Shown here piece by piece: positions 9,085 through 19,591 of a DNA stretch of 64,000 bases (the first letter of the stretch is position 1; each line of letters starts with the position of its first letter). A program made the position numbers and the translations under genes. Location of the stretch: positions 1,780 to 65,779 of the forward strand of contig CAVYKM010000036.1 in assembly GCA_963769085.1 (NCBI GenBank), read 5' to 3'. This DNA comes from an uncultured Actinomycetota bacterium (GTDB taxonomy: Bacteria; Actinomycetota; Actinomycetes; Actinomycetales; Dermatophilaceae). Below the pieces are notes generated by a model. That model did no database searches, was not told where the DNA came from, and worked only from the letters and a program-made list of their open reading frames with translations.

Positions 9085-9880
9085 CAGCAGGCAAGCGCCT
9101 GAAGCCGCGCGCGTCTAGCAACTCGTAGGTAGCTCCCGGTGCGGCGAGCTCGACCTCGCCGTCCCATACCGCGGCAGCCTGGGCACGGCATACCTCCGGG
9201 TCGTTCCACGCCGGGATGTGGGTGAGCACCAGCCGCTTGACCCCTCCGGCGGCCATGGCTGCCTCGGCGGCGCGCGACCCGGTGAGGTGGATGCCGCGCT
9301 CGGCGTCGCGACCGTCGATGAAGGCCGAGTCGGCCAGCACGAGGTCGGCTCCGGTGAGCAGTGGTCCGAGAGCCGGGCAGGAGTCGGTGTCGCCGGTGAA
9401 CGCCAGGACCGTCCCCTCGACCTCGACGCGGAACCCGTACGACTCGACCGGGTGGTTCGTGCGTAGCGGGGTCACCGTGAACGGGCCGATGTACAGCGGC
9501 TGTCCGTCGACGAGCGTCTCGAAATGGAAGTGCTTGGCCATCGAGACGATGTGCCCGTAGTAGGCGAGCGACAGCCGCTGCGGTGTGCCGGCCGGCCCGG
9601 CGACCCGGATTGGGCCGCGTGCGTCGGTGCCAGGGCGGTACCGGTGCATGACGTAGAGGCCGTTGAGGTCCAGGTAGTGGTCGGCATGCAGGTGCGTGAG
9701 CAGCACCGCGTCGAGGCCCAGGGGGTCGGTATGCCGTTGCAGCGGCCCCAGGCTCCCGCTGCCCATGTCGACGACGAACCGCCAGGTGCGCCGCTCGTCG
9801 TCGGCCTCGAGCAGGTAGCACGACGCGGCCGACGCCGGCCCGGGAACGGAGCCAGCGCAGCCAACGACGGTGAGCCTCAT
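9081..9880 (-). CDS. MBL-fold hydrolase; positional equivalent of M. tuberculosis Rv1339 cyclic-nucleotide phosphodiesterase; 3' end uncertain
   Basis: HLHADHYLD metallo-beta-lactamase motif. ATGA overlap with the murI stop. As printed, the frame stays open to 8816 inside rph. A one-base shift near 9090-9120 would end it at TGA 9081-9083, overlapping the rph GTG. Confidence 0.7.
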
Positions 9881-10686
9881 CCCGCGGCCACCGGCTCGCG
9901 GTGGGCCTCGACGGCCGCCTCCGGACCGAGGAACCGTCGAGCCAGCCGCGCGAAGACGAGCGGGTCGCCGGTCGTGATGAACTCGTGCAGCGGCTGGCCG
10001 TTGCCGCTGGAGCGCAGCTGGCCGGAGTCGGCGAGCAGGCGGAACAGGTCCTTGGCGGTCTCCTCCGCGGAGGACACGAGGGTGACCCCCTCCCCCATGA
10101 CGTAGCTGATGACGCCTGTGAGCAGCGGGTAGTGGGTGCACCCGAGAATGAGCGTGTCGACGTCGGCCTGCAGCAACGGCGCGAGGTAGCGGCGAGCCAC
10201 CCCCAGCAGCTCGTCCCCGCCGGTCACGCCGTCCTCGACGAACTCGACGAACCTCGGACAGGGCACCGACAGCAGCTCGACGTGCGGCGCCGCCGCGAAG
10301 GCGTCGGGGTACGCGCGGGAGGTGTGGGTGCCCTGCGTGCTGATCACCCCGACCCGGTCGTTGCGCGTCGCCCGGGCGGCCCGGCGCACAGCCGGGCGGA
10401 TCACCTCGATGACCGGCACGGCATACCGCTCGCGGGCGTCGTGCAGGACCGCTGCGCTGGCCGTGTTGCAGGCGATGACGAGCGCCTTGACGCCCCGGTC
10501 AACGACGCGGTCCAGGCACTCGATCGCGAACTCGCGGGTCTGCGCGATCGGCCGCGGGCCGTAGGGAGTGCGGGCGGTGTCGCCGAAGTAGACGACCTTC
10601 TCGTGCGGCAGCTGGTCGAACACCGCTCGCGCTACGGTCAGCCCCCCGTAGCCCGAGTCGAATATTCCGATCGGCGCGTCTGCCAC
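9877..10686 (-). CDS. murI: glutamate racemase
   Basis: [14 protein letters not shown]...IACNTASA...[12 protein letters not shown] start at 10686. Confidence 0.9.
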   Translation of the reverse strand: MADAPIGIFDSGYGGLTVARAVFDQLPHEKVVYFGDTARTPYGPRPIAQTREFAIECLDRVVDRGVKALVIACNTASAAVLHDARERYAVPVIEVIRPAVRRAARATRNDRVGVISTQGTHTSRAYPDAFAAAPHVELLSVPCPRFVEFVEDGVTGGDELLGVARRYLAPLLQADVDTLILGCTHYPLLTGVISYVMGEGVTLVSSAEETAKDLFRLLADSGQLRSSGNGQPLHEFITTGDPLVFARLARRFLGPEAAVEAHREPVAAG

Positions 10687-10924
10687 GGCCAAAGAATAGG
10701 CACCGGCACGGACACCCGTCGCCCACCACGCGGCGTCGCCTCCGTCACACCGTGTACGCCCAGCGCCAGCGGCGGGGCAAACGATTGGCGTGATCCCGAC
10801 CGACACGACGTTTGTAAGTGGAACGTACTATCAACGTGACGTTGACTGCCGCAGGGCGCCGGGCGACAGCGGCATTCTCGCCGACGCTGCAGGGGGTCAA
10901 CCCTGGGCCGGAAGGAGTCGCATC

Positions 10925-11362
10925 ATGACCGTGTTCGACGACGACGAGCGCGAATACCTGTTGTCGGGCATCCGTCTTGGCCGCCTGGCCACGGTGGGTC
11001 TCGATGGGACGCCGCACGTCGTGCCGACGGGCTTCCGGTACAACACCGCCCTGGACACGATCGACATCGGGGGGCACGACTTCGCCAAGCGCAAGAAGTA
11101 CCGGGACGTGCTTCGAAACCCCAAGGTCGCGTTCGTCGTCGACGACCTTGCCTCGGTGAACCCGTGGCGTGTCCGAGGGATCGAAATCCGCGGTGAGGCG
11201 CAGGTGCTCGACAGCGGTGGACGTGACATGGGTCCCGGCTTCGACCCGCAGATGTTCAGGATCACACCCAAACGCATCGTGAGCTGGGGGCTGCAGGGAC
11301 AGCTGTCGTTCAAGGCACGAACCGTCCCCCAGGCGGCCATCACGAGCCGCATCCACGACTGA
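10925..11362 (+). CDS. PPOX-class (pyridoxamine 5'-phosphate oxidase-like) probable F420-dependent oxidoreductase
   Basis: GRLATVGLDGTPHVVPTGFRY...RNPKVAFVVDD...RGIEIRGEA. GGAAGGAG RBS. Confidence 0.75.
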   Translation: MTVFDDDEREYLLSGIRLGRLATVGLDGTPHVVPTGFRYNTALDTIDIGGHDFAKRKKYRDVLRNPKVAFVVDDLASVNPWRVRGIEIRGEAQVLDSGGRDMGPGFDPQMFRITPKRIVSWGLQGQLSFKARTVPQAAITSRIHD

Positions 11363-11429
11363 CCAACCGCCCCGGCTGCGAGCCAGGTCCTCATCCGGTC
11401 CTGACCAACAGAGAAAGAAGGCAACCCCC

Positions 11430-12425
<996 letters not shown>

Positions 12426-12465
12426 AACTGCGACCACCGCTCTGGTAGCCGTCACCGCCCGGTGG

Positions 12466-13065
12466 TCAGCGAAACAGCCGACGCCCCATGAGCGCGCCGG
12501 TGAGCGAGTCCTGCAGCCAGGTGAGGAAGTCATAGACGGAGACGGCATACACCAGCGGGTCGTCCAGGTCGGCGACGGCCGCCTCGCGGGCCAGCCGCTC
12601 GGTGTCCTCCTCGGTCTGCAGGCCGAGGCGTTCGCCCAGCAGCAGCCGAGTGTCGGTGAGCGCGACAAGGAGCGCCTCGGCCTGCGCGCGCGTCAAGGTC
12701 ACCTTCTCGGGCGTCGCGGCTGCCAACGCGTCGATCGCCGTCGTCAGGGTGGTGTACTTGCGCTGACGCAGCCCCTGCTCGGTGAGATGACGGAACTCTG
12801 CTGCCACGTCGGGGTCTCCGCGGTGGGCATCGGGCAGCAGCCGACGCAGGGCCGGGTCGCGCTCCTCGGGGGCGGGGCGGTCGTGGCCCGGCTGGGCGTC
12901 CCGCTCCATGGACGCGATCAGGTCCGTGAAGGCGTCGCCGGTCGGGGTCACCTCGGGCCGCAGCACGGCGCGCGTCTGGTCCATGAGCCCAGCGACGACA
13001 GCCACCTCGGTGGGGTCCATCCGGGCGACGAACGTGTCTCCCTTGCGCCGGAACGCGTGGGCCAT
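12466..13065 (-). CDS. DUF2017-family protein (conserved ClpS neighbour)
   Basis: 199 aa, acidic. Conserved position directly downstream of clpS in Actinobacteria. Confidence 0.7.
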   Translation of the reverse strand: MAHAFRRKGDTFVARMDPTEVAVVAGLMDQTRAVLRPEVTPTGDAFTDLIASMERDAQPGHDRPAPEERDPALRRLLPDAHRGDPDVAAEFRHLTEQGLRQRKYTTLTTAIDALAAATPEKVTLTRAQAEALLVALTDTRLLLGERLGLQTEEDTERLAREAAVADLDDPLVYAVSVYDFLTWLQDSLTGALMGRRLFR

Positions 13066-13068
13066 CGG

Positions 13069-13356
13069 CTACTGGTCCTTCTCGAACGTGGCCCAGAGGC
13101 CGTAGCCCTGCAGCGCCTCTGCGTCGCGCTCCATCTCCTCACGGCTGCCGTGGGAGACGACGGCCTTGCCCTTGGTGTGCACGTCCATCATGAGCTTCTC
13201 GGATTTGCTGCGCGGATAGCGGAAGTAGGTCTGGAAAACGTAGGTGACGTAGGACATGAGGTTGACCGGGTCGTTCCACACCAACGTGATCCAGGGCAAC
13301 GCTGGCTCAAGCACCTCGCGCTCGTAGGTCTCGCGCTCCCGAACCGGAGTGGTCAC
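13069..13356 (-). CDS. clpS: ATP-dependent Clp protease adaptor ClpS
   Basis: WITLVWNDPVNLMSYVTYVFQ...MMDVHTKGKAVV. Confidence 0.9.
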   Translation of the reverse strand: MTTPVRERETYEREVLEPALPWITLVWNDPVNLMSYVTYVFQTYFRYPRSKSEKLMMDVHTKGKAVVSHGSREEMERDAEALQGYGLWATFEKDQ

Positions 13357-13378
13357 GCCCCCACTCTAGGCTGTCGGG

Positions 13379-14683
13379 GTGACCGCGAACCGGACCGCGA
13401 GCACCGCTTTGCTCACCGACCACTACGAGCTGACCATGCTGGAGGCGGCGCTGCGCAGCGGCGCCGCGCAGCGGCGGTGCGTCTTCGAGACGTTCACCCG
13501 CCGCCTGCCCGAGGGGCGCCGGTATGCCGTGCTGGCAGGCACCGGGCGGCTGGTCGAGGCGATCACGCGGTTCCGGTTCGGGCCGGACGAGCTGGCCGCT
13601 CTGCGTCAGCGGGCCGTCGTCGACGAGCCGACCTGCCGGTGGCTGGCGAGCTACCGGTTCACCGGCAGGGTCAGCGGGTATGCCGAGGGCGAGTGCTTCT
13701 TCCCCGGGTCGCCCGTCCTCGTCGTGGAGGCGACGTTCGCCGAGGCGATCGTCCTGGAGACCCTGGTCCTGTCGATCCTCAACCACGACAGCGCGATCGC
13801 CTCCGCTGCGTCCCGGATGACGTGCGCGGCGGCCGGGCGACCATGCATCGAGATGGGCTCCCGCCGCACCCATGAGGAGGCTGCCGTCGCTGCCGCGCGC
13901 GCGGCATACATTGCGGGCTTCGAGCGCACCAGCAACCTCGAGGCGGGCCGCCGCTACGGCGTCCCCACGGCCGGGACCGCGGCCCATGCCTTCACGTTGG
14001 TGCACGACAGCGAGCGTGCGGCGTTTCGGGCCCAGCTGGACGCGCTCGGCCCGGGCACGACGCTGCTGGTCGACACCTTCGACGTGCCGACCGCGGTCGC
14101 GACGGCGGTCGAGCTCGCCGGGCCGGCCCTTGGCGGCGTGCGTCTCGACTCCGGCGACCTGCTCGTGCAGGCCCGCGAGGTGCGCGCCCAGCTGGACGCC
14201 CTCGGGGCGACGAAGACCCGCATCGTCGTCACGTCGGACCTGGACGAGCACGCTATCGCCGCGCTGGGGGCGGCGCCCGTCGACGCCTACGGCGTGGGAA
14301 CCCAGCTCGTCACCGGGTCGGGAGCCCCGACCTGCAGCATGGTCTACAAGCTGGTCGCCCGCGAGGATACGACGGGCGCGGTGGTGCCGGTAGCCAAGAA
14401 GAGCAAGGACAAGCGCTCGATCGGCGGGCGCAAGTGGGCGGTCCGTCGGATCGGCGAGGACGGCCACGCCGACGCGGAGGTGCTTGGGGTGGGTCATCCT
14501 CCGGCCGGCGACGACAACGACCGACCCCTCATGGTCGACTTCGTTCGGGACGGGCAGGTGGTCGACCAGTCCACCCTGGCCGACGCGAGAGCGCGCCACC
14601 ATGCCTCCCGGGCCGAGCTGCCCCGCGTCGCGCTGCAGCTGCAGCGGGGCGAGGTCTGCATCCCGACGATCTACCTGGACTGA
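13379..14683 (+). CDS. pncB: nicotinate phosphoribosyltransferase
   Basis: LLTDHYELTMLEAAL...GTAAHAFTL...VRLDSGDL. Confidence 0.9.
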   Translation: MTANRTASTALLTDHYELTMLEAALRSGAAQRRCVFETFTRRLPEGRRYAVLAGTGRLVEAITRFRFGPDELAALRQRAVVDEPTCRWLASYRFTGRVSGYAEGECFFPGSPVLVVEATFAEAIVLETLVLSILNHDSAIASAASRMTCAAAGRPCIEMGSRRTHEEAAVAAARAAYIAGFERTSNLEAGRRYGVPTAGTAAHAFTLVHDSERAAFRAQLDALGPGTTLLVDTFDVPTAVATAVELAGPALGGVRLDSGDLLVQAREVRAQLDALGATKTRIVVTSDLDEHAIAALGAAPVDAYGVGTQLVTGSGAPTCSMVYKLVAREDTTGAVVPVAKKSKDKRSIGGRKWAVRRIGEDGHADAEVLGVGHPPAGDDNDRPLMVDFVRDGQVVDQSTLADARARHHASRAELPRVALQLQRGEVCIPTIYLD

Positions 14684-14711
14684 CGCAGGCGCCCACCCCG
14701 TTTCGCCGAGA

Positions 14712-14768
14712 GGTCAGCAGATGCTGTCAACCAGGCCTCATTTGCGCATCGTCGCACCCTCGGCGACA
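14712..14768. repeat. degenerate copy of the ~55-bp GGTCAGAAGATGCTG hairpin repeat
   Basis: AGGTCAGCAGATGCTGTCAACCAGGCCT... is near-identical to the 5' half of the copy at 39338. The 3' arm is degraded. Confidence 0.5.
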
Positions 14769-14802
14769 AGCATGGGGGCGGAGGCGGGCGGATAATGGCC
14801 CC

Positions 14803-15447
14803 ATGTCCCTCACCAAGCGTGCGCTGATCATCGTGGACGTCCAGAACGACTTCTGCGAGGGCGGCTCGCTGGCGGTCGCTGGGGGCAGCAGCGTCGCGGC
14901 AGCGATCACGGACTGGCTCGACGAGCACGCCGACCGGTACGCCGCGGTGGCCGCAACGGCCGACTGGCACGAGGACCCTGGCCCGCACTTCGCCGAGCAG
15001 CCGGACTACCTCGACACGTGGCCAGTGCACTGCCTGGCCGGCAGCGAAGGCGCGGCGTTCCACCCCGCGGCGCAGCCGGCCATCGCCCGAGCCGACGCGG
15101 TCTTTCGCAAGGGACTCCACAGCGCGGCATACAGCGGGTTCGAGGGGTATGCCGATGAGCCGGGCACCGGGTTCGGCCTCGCGGAGTGGCTGCAAGGGCG
15201 CCACATCGAAGCGGTCGACATCGTCGGGATCGCCACCGACCACTGCGTTCGGGCGACGGCGCTCGACGCGGTCGCCGAAGGGTTCCGCACCCGGGTGCTG
15301 CTCGACCTCACGGCGGGCGTGGCACCGGCGAGCACCAACGATGCGCTGCACCAGATGCAGGGCGCCGGGGTCGAGCTGGTCGGCGAACCCGTTGTCGGCC
15401 GGACCCTCGTCGAGGGGTCAGACGATGCTGAAACGCGGCCCGGTTAA
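14803..15447 (+). CDS. pncA: nicotinamidase / isochorismatase-family hydrolase
   Basis: ALIIVDVQNDFCEGGSLAV...VDIVGIATDHCV. The last ~10 codons and the TAA stop lie inside the hairpin repeat at 15416. Confidence 0.85.
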   Translation: MSLTKRALIIVDVQNDFCEGGSLAVAGGSSVAAAITDWLDEHADRYAAVAATADWHEDPGPHFAEQPDYLDTWPVHCLAGSEGAAFHPAAQPAIARADAVFRKGLHSAAYSGFEGYADEPGTGFGLAEWLQGRHIEAVDIVGIATDHCVRATALDAVAEGFRTRVLLDLTAGVAPASTNDALHQMQGAGVELVGEPVVGRTLVEGSDDAETRPG

Positions 15448-15470
15448 CAGCATCTTCTGACCACTCGACG
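15416..15470. repeat. ~55-bp hairpin repeat (15-bp arms GGTCAGACGATGCTG / CAGCATCTTCTGACC, 17-nt loop, tail ACTCGACG)
   Basis: Shares arms and tail with the copy at 39338-39392. Lies 14 nt past the hmgA stop. Confidence 0.65.
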
Positions 15471-15484
15471 AACAGGGAGCGCGG

Positions 15485-16711
15485 TCAGGTGGCCTTCCGG
15501 CTCCAGGATCGGTAGTAGACGCCGTCGTCGCACTCGATCCCGCCCTCACCCATGTCCAGCGGGGCGAACGTGTCGACCATGACGGCGGTCTCGTCGAACG
15601 CCTCCATGCCGAGCGAGCGCTCGATGGCGCCCGGCTGCGGTCCGTGGGCGTGCCCTCCCGGGTGCAGCGAGATCGAGCCCTTGACGATCCCCGAGCCCTT
15701 GCGCGCCTCGTAGTCGCCGTCGACGTAGAACATGACCTCGTCGCTGTCGACGTTCGAGTGGTAGTACGGCACCGGGATCGACAGCGGGTGGTAGTCGACC
15801 TTGCGCGGGACGAAGTTGCACACGACGAGGTTGTTGGCCTCGAACACCTGGTGGGTCGGCGGGGGTTGGTGGATCCGCCCGGTCAGCGGCTCGTAGTCCG
15901 TGATGTTGAAGGCGTACGGGTACAGGCACCCGTCCCAGCCGACCACGTCGAGCGGGTGGAACGGCTGGGTGTGAACGGTGCCGGCCAGCCCCGACTCCCC
16001 GTTTCCGCGGTGCTTGATGAACACCTCGGTCACCTGGTCGGCCGACTCACCGACGTCCTCGGCCAGCAACGGCGCCACCGGCAGGCGCAGGTCGCGCTCG
16101 CAGTACGGCGAGTGCTCGAGGAACTGGCCGTACTTGGACAGGTAGCGCCGAGGCGGCGACACATGGGAGTTGCACTCGATGGCGATCACCCGCAGCGGCT
16201 CGTCCGCGGACTGTGCCGGGATCCACCGGTGGGTCGTGGCCCGCGGGATCATCACGTAGTCACCCCGACCGACCTCCAGCGCACCGAACACGGTCTCCAC
16301 GCGGGCGCTGCCTCGCTCGATGTACAGCAGCTCGTCACCGGTCGCGTTGCGGTACCACGGGCTGGTCTGTGACGCCACGACGTAGCCCAGCCGCACGTCC
16401 TTGTTGCCCATCAGCAGCCGCCGGCTGGTCACCGGGTCCGAGGCGGCGACCGCCGCCTCGTCGAAGAGCTGGTGCGGCTTCAGGTGCTTGGGCAGCAGTG
16501 GCTGGTTGGGGGTGAGTGAGAGGTTGCCCAGGTCCCACTCGCGCACCTCGTCGACGGTCGAGGGGATGTAGCGGTGGTAGAGCAGCGAGGAGTCCGAGAA
16601 GAAGCCCTCCTCGCCCATGAGCTCCTCGAAGTACAGGCTGCCGTCCTCGCGCCGATGTTGGACATGCCGCTTCGCGGGGACGTTCCCGACCATCCGGTAA
16701 TGGGCCACCAT
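15485..16711 (-). CDS. hmgA: homogentisate 1,2-dioxygenase
   Basis: ~408 aa. FEELMGEEGFFSDSSLLYH...NLVVCNFVPRKVDYHP...SISLHPGGHAHGP. Confidence 0.9.
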   Translation of the reverse strand: MVAHYRMVGNVPAKRHVQHRREDGSLYFEELMGEEGFFSDSSLLYHRYIPSTVDEVREWDLGNLSLTPNQPLLPKHLKPHQLFDEAAVAASDPVTSRRLLMGNKDVRLGYVVASQTSPWYRNATGDELLYIERGSARVETVFGALEVGRGDYVMIPRATTHRWIPAQSADEPLRVIAIECNSHVSPPRRYLSKYGQFLEHSPYCERDLRLPVAPLLAEDVGESADQVTEVFIKHRGNGESGLAGTVHTQPFHPLDVVGWDGCLYPYAFNITDYEPLTGRIHQPPPTHQVFEANNLVVCNFVPRKVDYHPLSIPVPYYHSNVDSDEVMFYVDGDYEARKGSGIVKGSISLHPGGHAHGPQPGAIERSLGMEAFDETAVMVDTFAPLDMGEGGIECDDGVYYRSWSRKAT

Positions 16712-16745
16712 CGCTCCTTCGCCACACTGCGCTCGCATGTCCCAG

Positions 16746-16774
16746 CAGATGCGTCCGATTATCGGACGCATCTG
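16746..16774. promoter_or_regulatory. 29-bp perfect palindrome CAGATGCGTCCGA-TTA-TCGGACGCATCTG in the hmgA/fahA-operon divergent region (candidate operator)
   Basis: 13-nt perfect inverted arms between the hmgA start (16711) and the next gene start (16810). An IclR-family regulator is encoded just downstream of fahA. Confidence 0.5.
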
Positions 16775-16809
16775 TCACGCTTCTGTAAGGTTCCGCTATC
16801 CTCAGCGCC

Positions 16810-17664
16810 ATGTCAAGTTCCCCCCTGCCCGCCCTGGCGCTGCGCCCGGCCCTGCTCACCGCTCTCGTCGACGACGCCGCGGTCTTCCCTCCGGGCAACA
16901 GCCCTCTCGATGCGGCCGTCGAGGAGCACCTGCACCGGGCCGGCACGCGGCTCGGCCGGTTCGTCGGCCCGCTGCTCGTGCCCGCCGCATCGGCCGCCGA
17001 GCTGATCGACCTCGCCGCCGGCCGGTCCCTGCGGGCCGGCCTCATCTCGCGACCGGGCTCGCCGGTCGAGCCGATGCTCGACGGGGTCAAGCTCCTGCAG
17101 GACCGCACCGACGTCGTGCTCGCCGGGGTGGAAGCCGGCTGGTCTGCGACATGGCAAGAGCTGCTGGACACCGAGCTTCCGGTCACCGTGGAGATCCCCC
17201 GGGACGGCTTCGAGGACGCCCTGGAGGACGTCGCACTCGCCCGGCGCGAAGGCGCCGCGGTCCAGGCCAAGTTCCGTACCGGAGCGACCGAGAGCTGGGC
17301 CTGGCCGGACGAGGTGGAGCTGGCCGGCTTCATGTGTGGCTGCCTCGAACGCGGTATGCCGTTCAAGCTCACCGGCGGTCTGCACCACGTCGTGCGGGCC
17401 GAGCACGGCAGCGCGGACGCAGCCGATCCGCAGCACGGACTGCTCAACATCCTGCTGGGCGTGCACCGAGCCCGCTGCGGCGCCGACGCAGCAGCGGTCG
17501 CCGACGTGCTGGCCGAGCGCAGCCTCGAGCAGCTCGCTGCTCCCCTGCGGGCCCTGCACGACGAGCAGGCTGCGCGCGTGCGCGAAGTGTTCACGGCATA
17601 CGGGTGCTGCACCGTGACCGACCCACTGGGCGAGCTGGCCGAGCTCGACCTGCTGCCCGCCTGA
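16810..17664 (+). CDS. conserved hypothetical protein embedded in the homogentisate cluster
   Basis: 284-aa ORF with coding-like composition. Its stop abuts the fahA GTG. Motifs AKFRTGAT and FKLTGGLHHVVR. No family recognised. Confidence 0.6.
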   Translation: MSSSPLPALALRPALLTALVDDAAVFPPGNSPLDAAVEEHLHRAGTRLGRFVGPLLVPAASAAELIDLAAGRSLRAGLISRPGSPVEPMLDGVKLLQDRTDVVLAGVEAGWSATWQELLDTELPVTVEIPRDGFEDALEDVALARREGAAVQAKFRTGATESWAWPDEVELAGFMCGCLERGMPFKLTGGLHHVVRAEHGSADAADPQHGLLNILLGVHRARCGADAAAVADVLAERSLEQLAAPLRALHDEQAARVREVFTAYGCCTVTDPLGELAELDLLPA

Positions 17665-18915
17665 GTGCCTGAGGAGCATCCCGTGCCGAGCCTGCCGCGC
17701 ACCTGGACCGATGTCCCCGCGGACCATCCGTTTGGCATTGCCACGCTCCCCTACGGCGTGTTCTCGAGCCGGTCCGGCCCGCGCCGAGTGGGCGTGCGGA
17801 TCGGCGAGCGCGTCCTGGACGTGGCGGCCGCTGCCCGCGACGTTGGCATGGAGTCGTGGACAGCTTGGGAAGGGCAGTCCCTCAACGGCTTCCTGGACCA
17901 GGGCCAGGCGGCCTGGGAGGCCGGGCGCGCCTGGCTGACCACGGTGCTCAGCGACGAGGCCTACCGGCCCACGGTCGAACCGCACCTTCACGACCTTGCC
18001 GACGTGACCATGCACCTGCCGGTTGACGTGGCCGACTACGTCGACTTCTACGCGAGCGAGAACCACGCCACCAACGTCGGGACGCATTCTGCCGGCCCGA
18101 CGGGCGTCGCGCTGCCGGTCAACTGGAAGCACCTGCCCATCGGCTACCACGGTCGGGCCGGAACCGTCGTCGTGAGCGGAACGGACATCGTCCGGCCAAC
18201 GGGTCAGCGCAAGAGCCCGCAGGACGCCGCCCCGGTGTTCGGGCCGAGCATCCGGTTGGACATCGAGACCGAGCTCGGCTTCGTCGTCGGCGGCGCCACC
18301 CCGCTCGGCACGCGGGTCAGCGTCGACGAGGCCGACGGGCACCTGTTCGGCGTCGTCCTGCTCAACGACTGGAGCGCCCGCGACATCCAGGCCTGGGAGT
18401 ACGTCCCGCTCGGGCCGTTCCTCGGCAAGTCCTTCGCCACGTCGATCTCGGCCTGGGTCACCCCGATGTCGGCTCTGTATGCCGCACGGGTGCCGCTGCC
18501 GGCGCAGGACGACCCGCAGCCGCTGCCTTATCTGCGGTCGGCGGGCAACGCGGCATACGGGCTGGACATCCGCATCGAAGTGGCGCTCAACGGAACGGTC
18601 GTGACCCGGCCGCCGTACGCGTCGATGTACTGGTCACCGACTCAGATGCTGGCCCACATGACCGTCAACGGCGCGAGCCTGCGAAGCGGCGACCTGTTCG
18701 GGTCGGGGACGACCAGTGGACGTGAACCCTCCCAGCGCGGCAGCCTGGTCGAAATCACCTGGAACGGCACCGAGCCGCTGATGCTTGCCGACGGCTCGAC
18801 GCGCGGGTTCCTGCAGGACGGCGACACGGTGACGATGACGGCGTGGGCCCCCGGCCCAGACGGCGCGCGCATCGGCATCTCCGAGGTGACAGGGACCATC
18901 GTTCCGGCGCGCTGA
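17665..18915 (+). CDS. fahA: fumarylacetoacetase
   Basis: FGIATLPYGVF...DYVDFYASENHATNVG...LPIGYHGRAGTVVVSG...LNDWSARDIQAWEYVPLGPFLGKSF. Confidence 0.9.
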   Translation: MPEEHPVPSLPRTWTDVPADHPFGIATLPYGVFSSRSGPRRVGVRIGERVLDVAAAARDVGMESWTAWEGQSLNGFLDQGQAAWEAGRAWLTTVLSDEAYRPTVEPHLHDLADVTMHLPVDVADYVDFYASENHATNVGTHSAGPTGVALPVNWKHLPIGYHGRAGTVVVSGTDIVRPTGQRKSPQDAAPVFGPSIRLDIETELGFVVGGATPLGTRVSVDEADGHLFGVVLLNDWSARDIQAWEYVPLGPFLGKSFATSISAWVTPMSALYAARVPLPAQDDPQPLPYLRSAGNAAYGLDIRIEVALNGTVVTRPPYASMYWSPTQMLAHMTVNGASLRSGDLFGSGTTSGREPSQRGSLVEITWNGTEPLMLADGSTRGFLQDGDTVTMTAWAPGPDGARIGISEVTGTIVPAR

Positions 18916-18918
18916 GGC

Positions 18919-19591
18919 TCAACCCAGCAGGGCCACGACCCGCTTGGCCGCCTTCCTCAAGTGCGGGCCGACGACGGCCGGCTCGAGGGCCTCCAGTGCG
19001 ACAACCCCTACGGCGGCCGGCAGGGCACCGTCGCGCAGGACGACCGGCATCGGCGACCCCGTGCGCACCGGGCTGCAGCTCCCCTTCGCTCGTCATCAGC
19101 TCGCGCTGGCCGTCCCGGGCCGCCAGAATCGCCCGTCCAGTGGCACCACGGTCCAGCGGATGGCGCGAGCCGCGCCGGTAGGCGACGTGAAAGCTCGGCC
19201 AGGACGGCTCGACAACTGCCACGGCCAGGGACTCGTGGCCGTCCTCGACGGTCAGATGCGCGGTCGCCCCGACCGCTTCGGCGAGCTCGCGCAGCACCGG
19301 GGCCACTGTCGACTGGACGACCGGGGCCACCGAGCCGGACAGTGCGGTGAGCCCCAAGCCGACCCGGACCCGTCCGCCGGGCGCGTGCGTGACGAGCTGG
19401 TGGCGCTCGAGCGTGGCGACCAGGCGGTAGACGACCGGCCGACCGACCCCGAGCTCATGGGCGATCTCGGTGATGGTCAGCCCGCCCGCGTTCTCTCGCC
19501 TGGCGAGCAGCCAGAGGATGCGCAGACCCCGGTCGAGGGTCTGCGACGTCTCGCCGCCGGTGCCTGGCCGGTCGGCGCCCGGCTGGGTCAC
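18919..19591 (-). pseudogene. IclR-family transcriptional regulator; one frame break near ~19050 close to the C-terminus
   Basis: SQTLDRGLRILWLLA...LTITEIAHELGVGRPVVYRLVATLE (wHTH). After GELQPGAHGVA the homology continues in another frame (MPVVLRDGALPAAVGVVALEALE...RVVALLG*). Confidence 0.75.

Noticed and set aside
16335-18342. Long minus-strand ORFs 16335..17744 and 16813..18342.
   Set aside because: They run antisense to hmgA's neighbour and to fahA. The translations are low-complexity Arg/Ala/Ser/Pro with no recognisable family.
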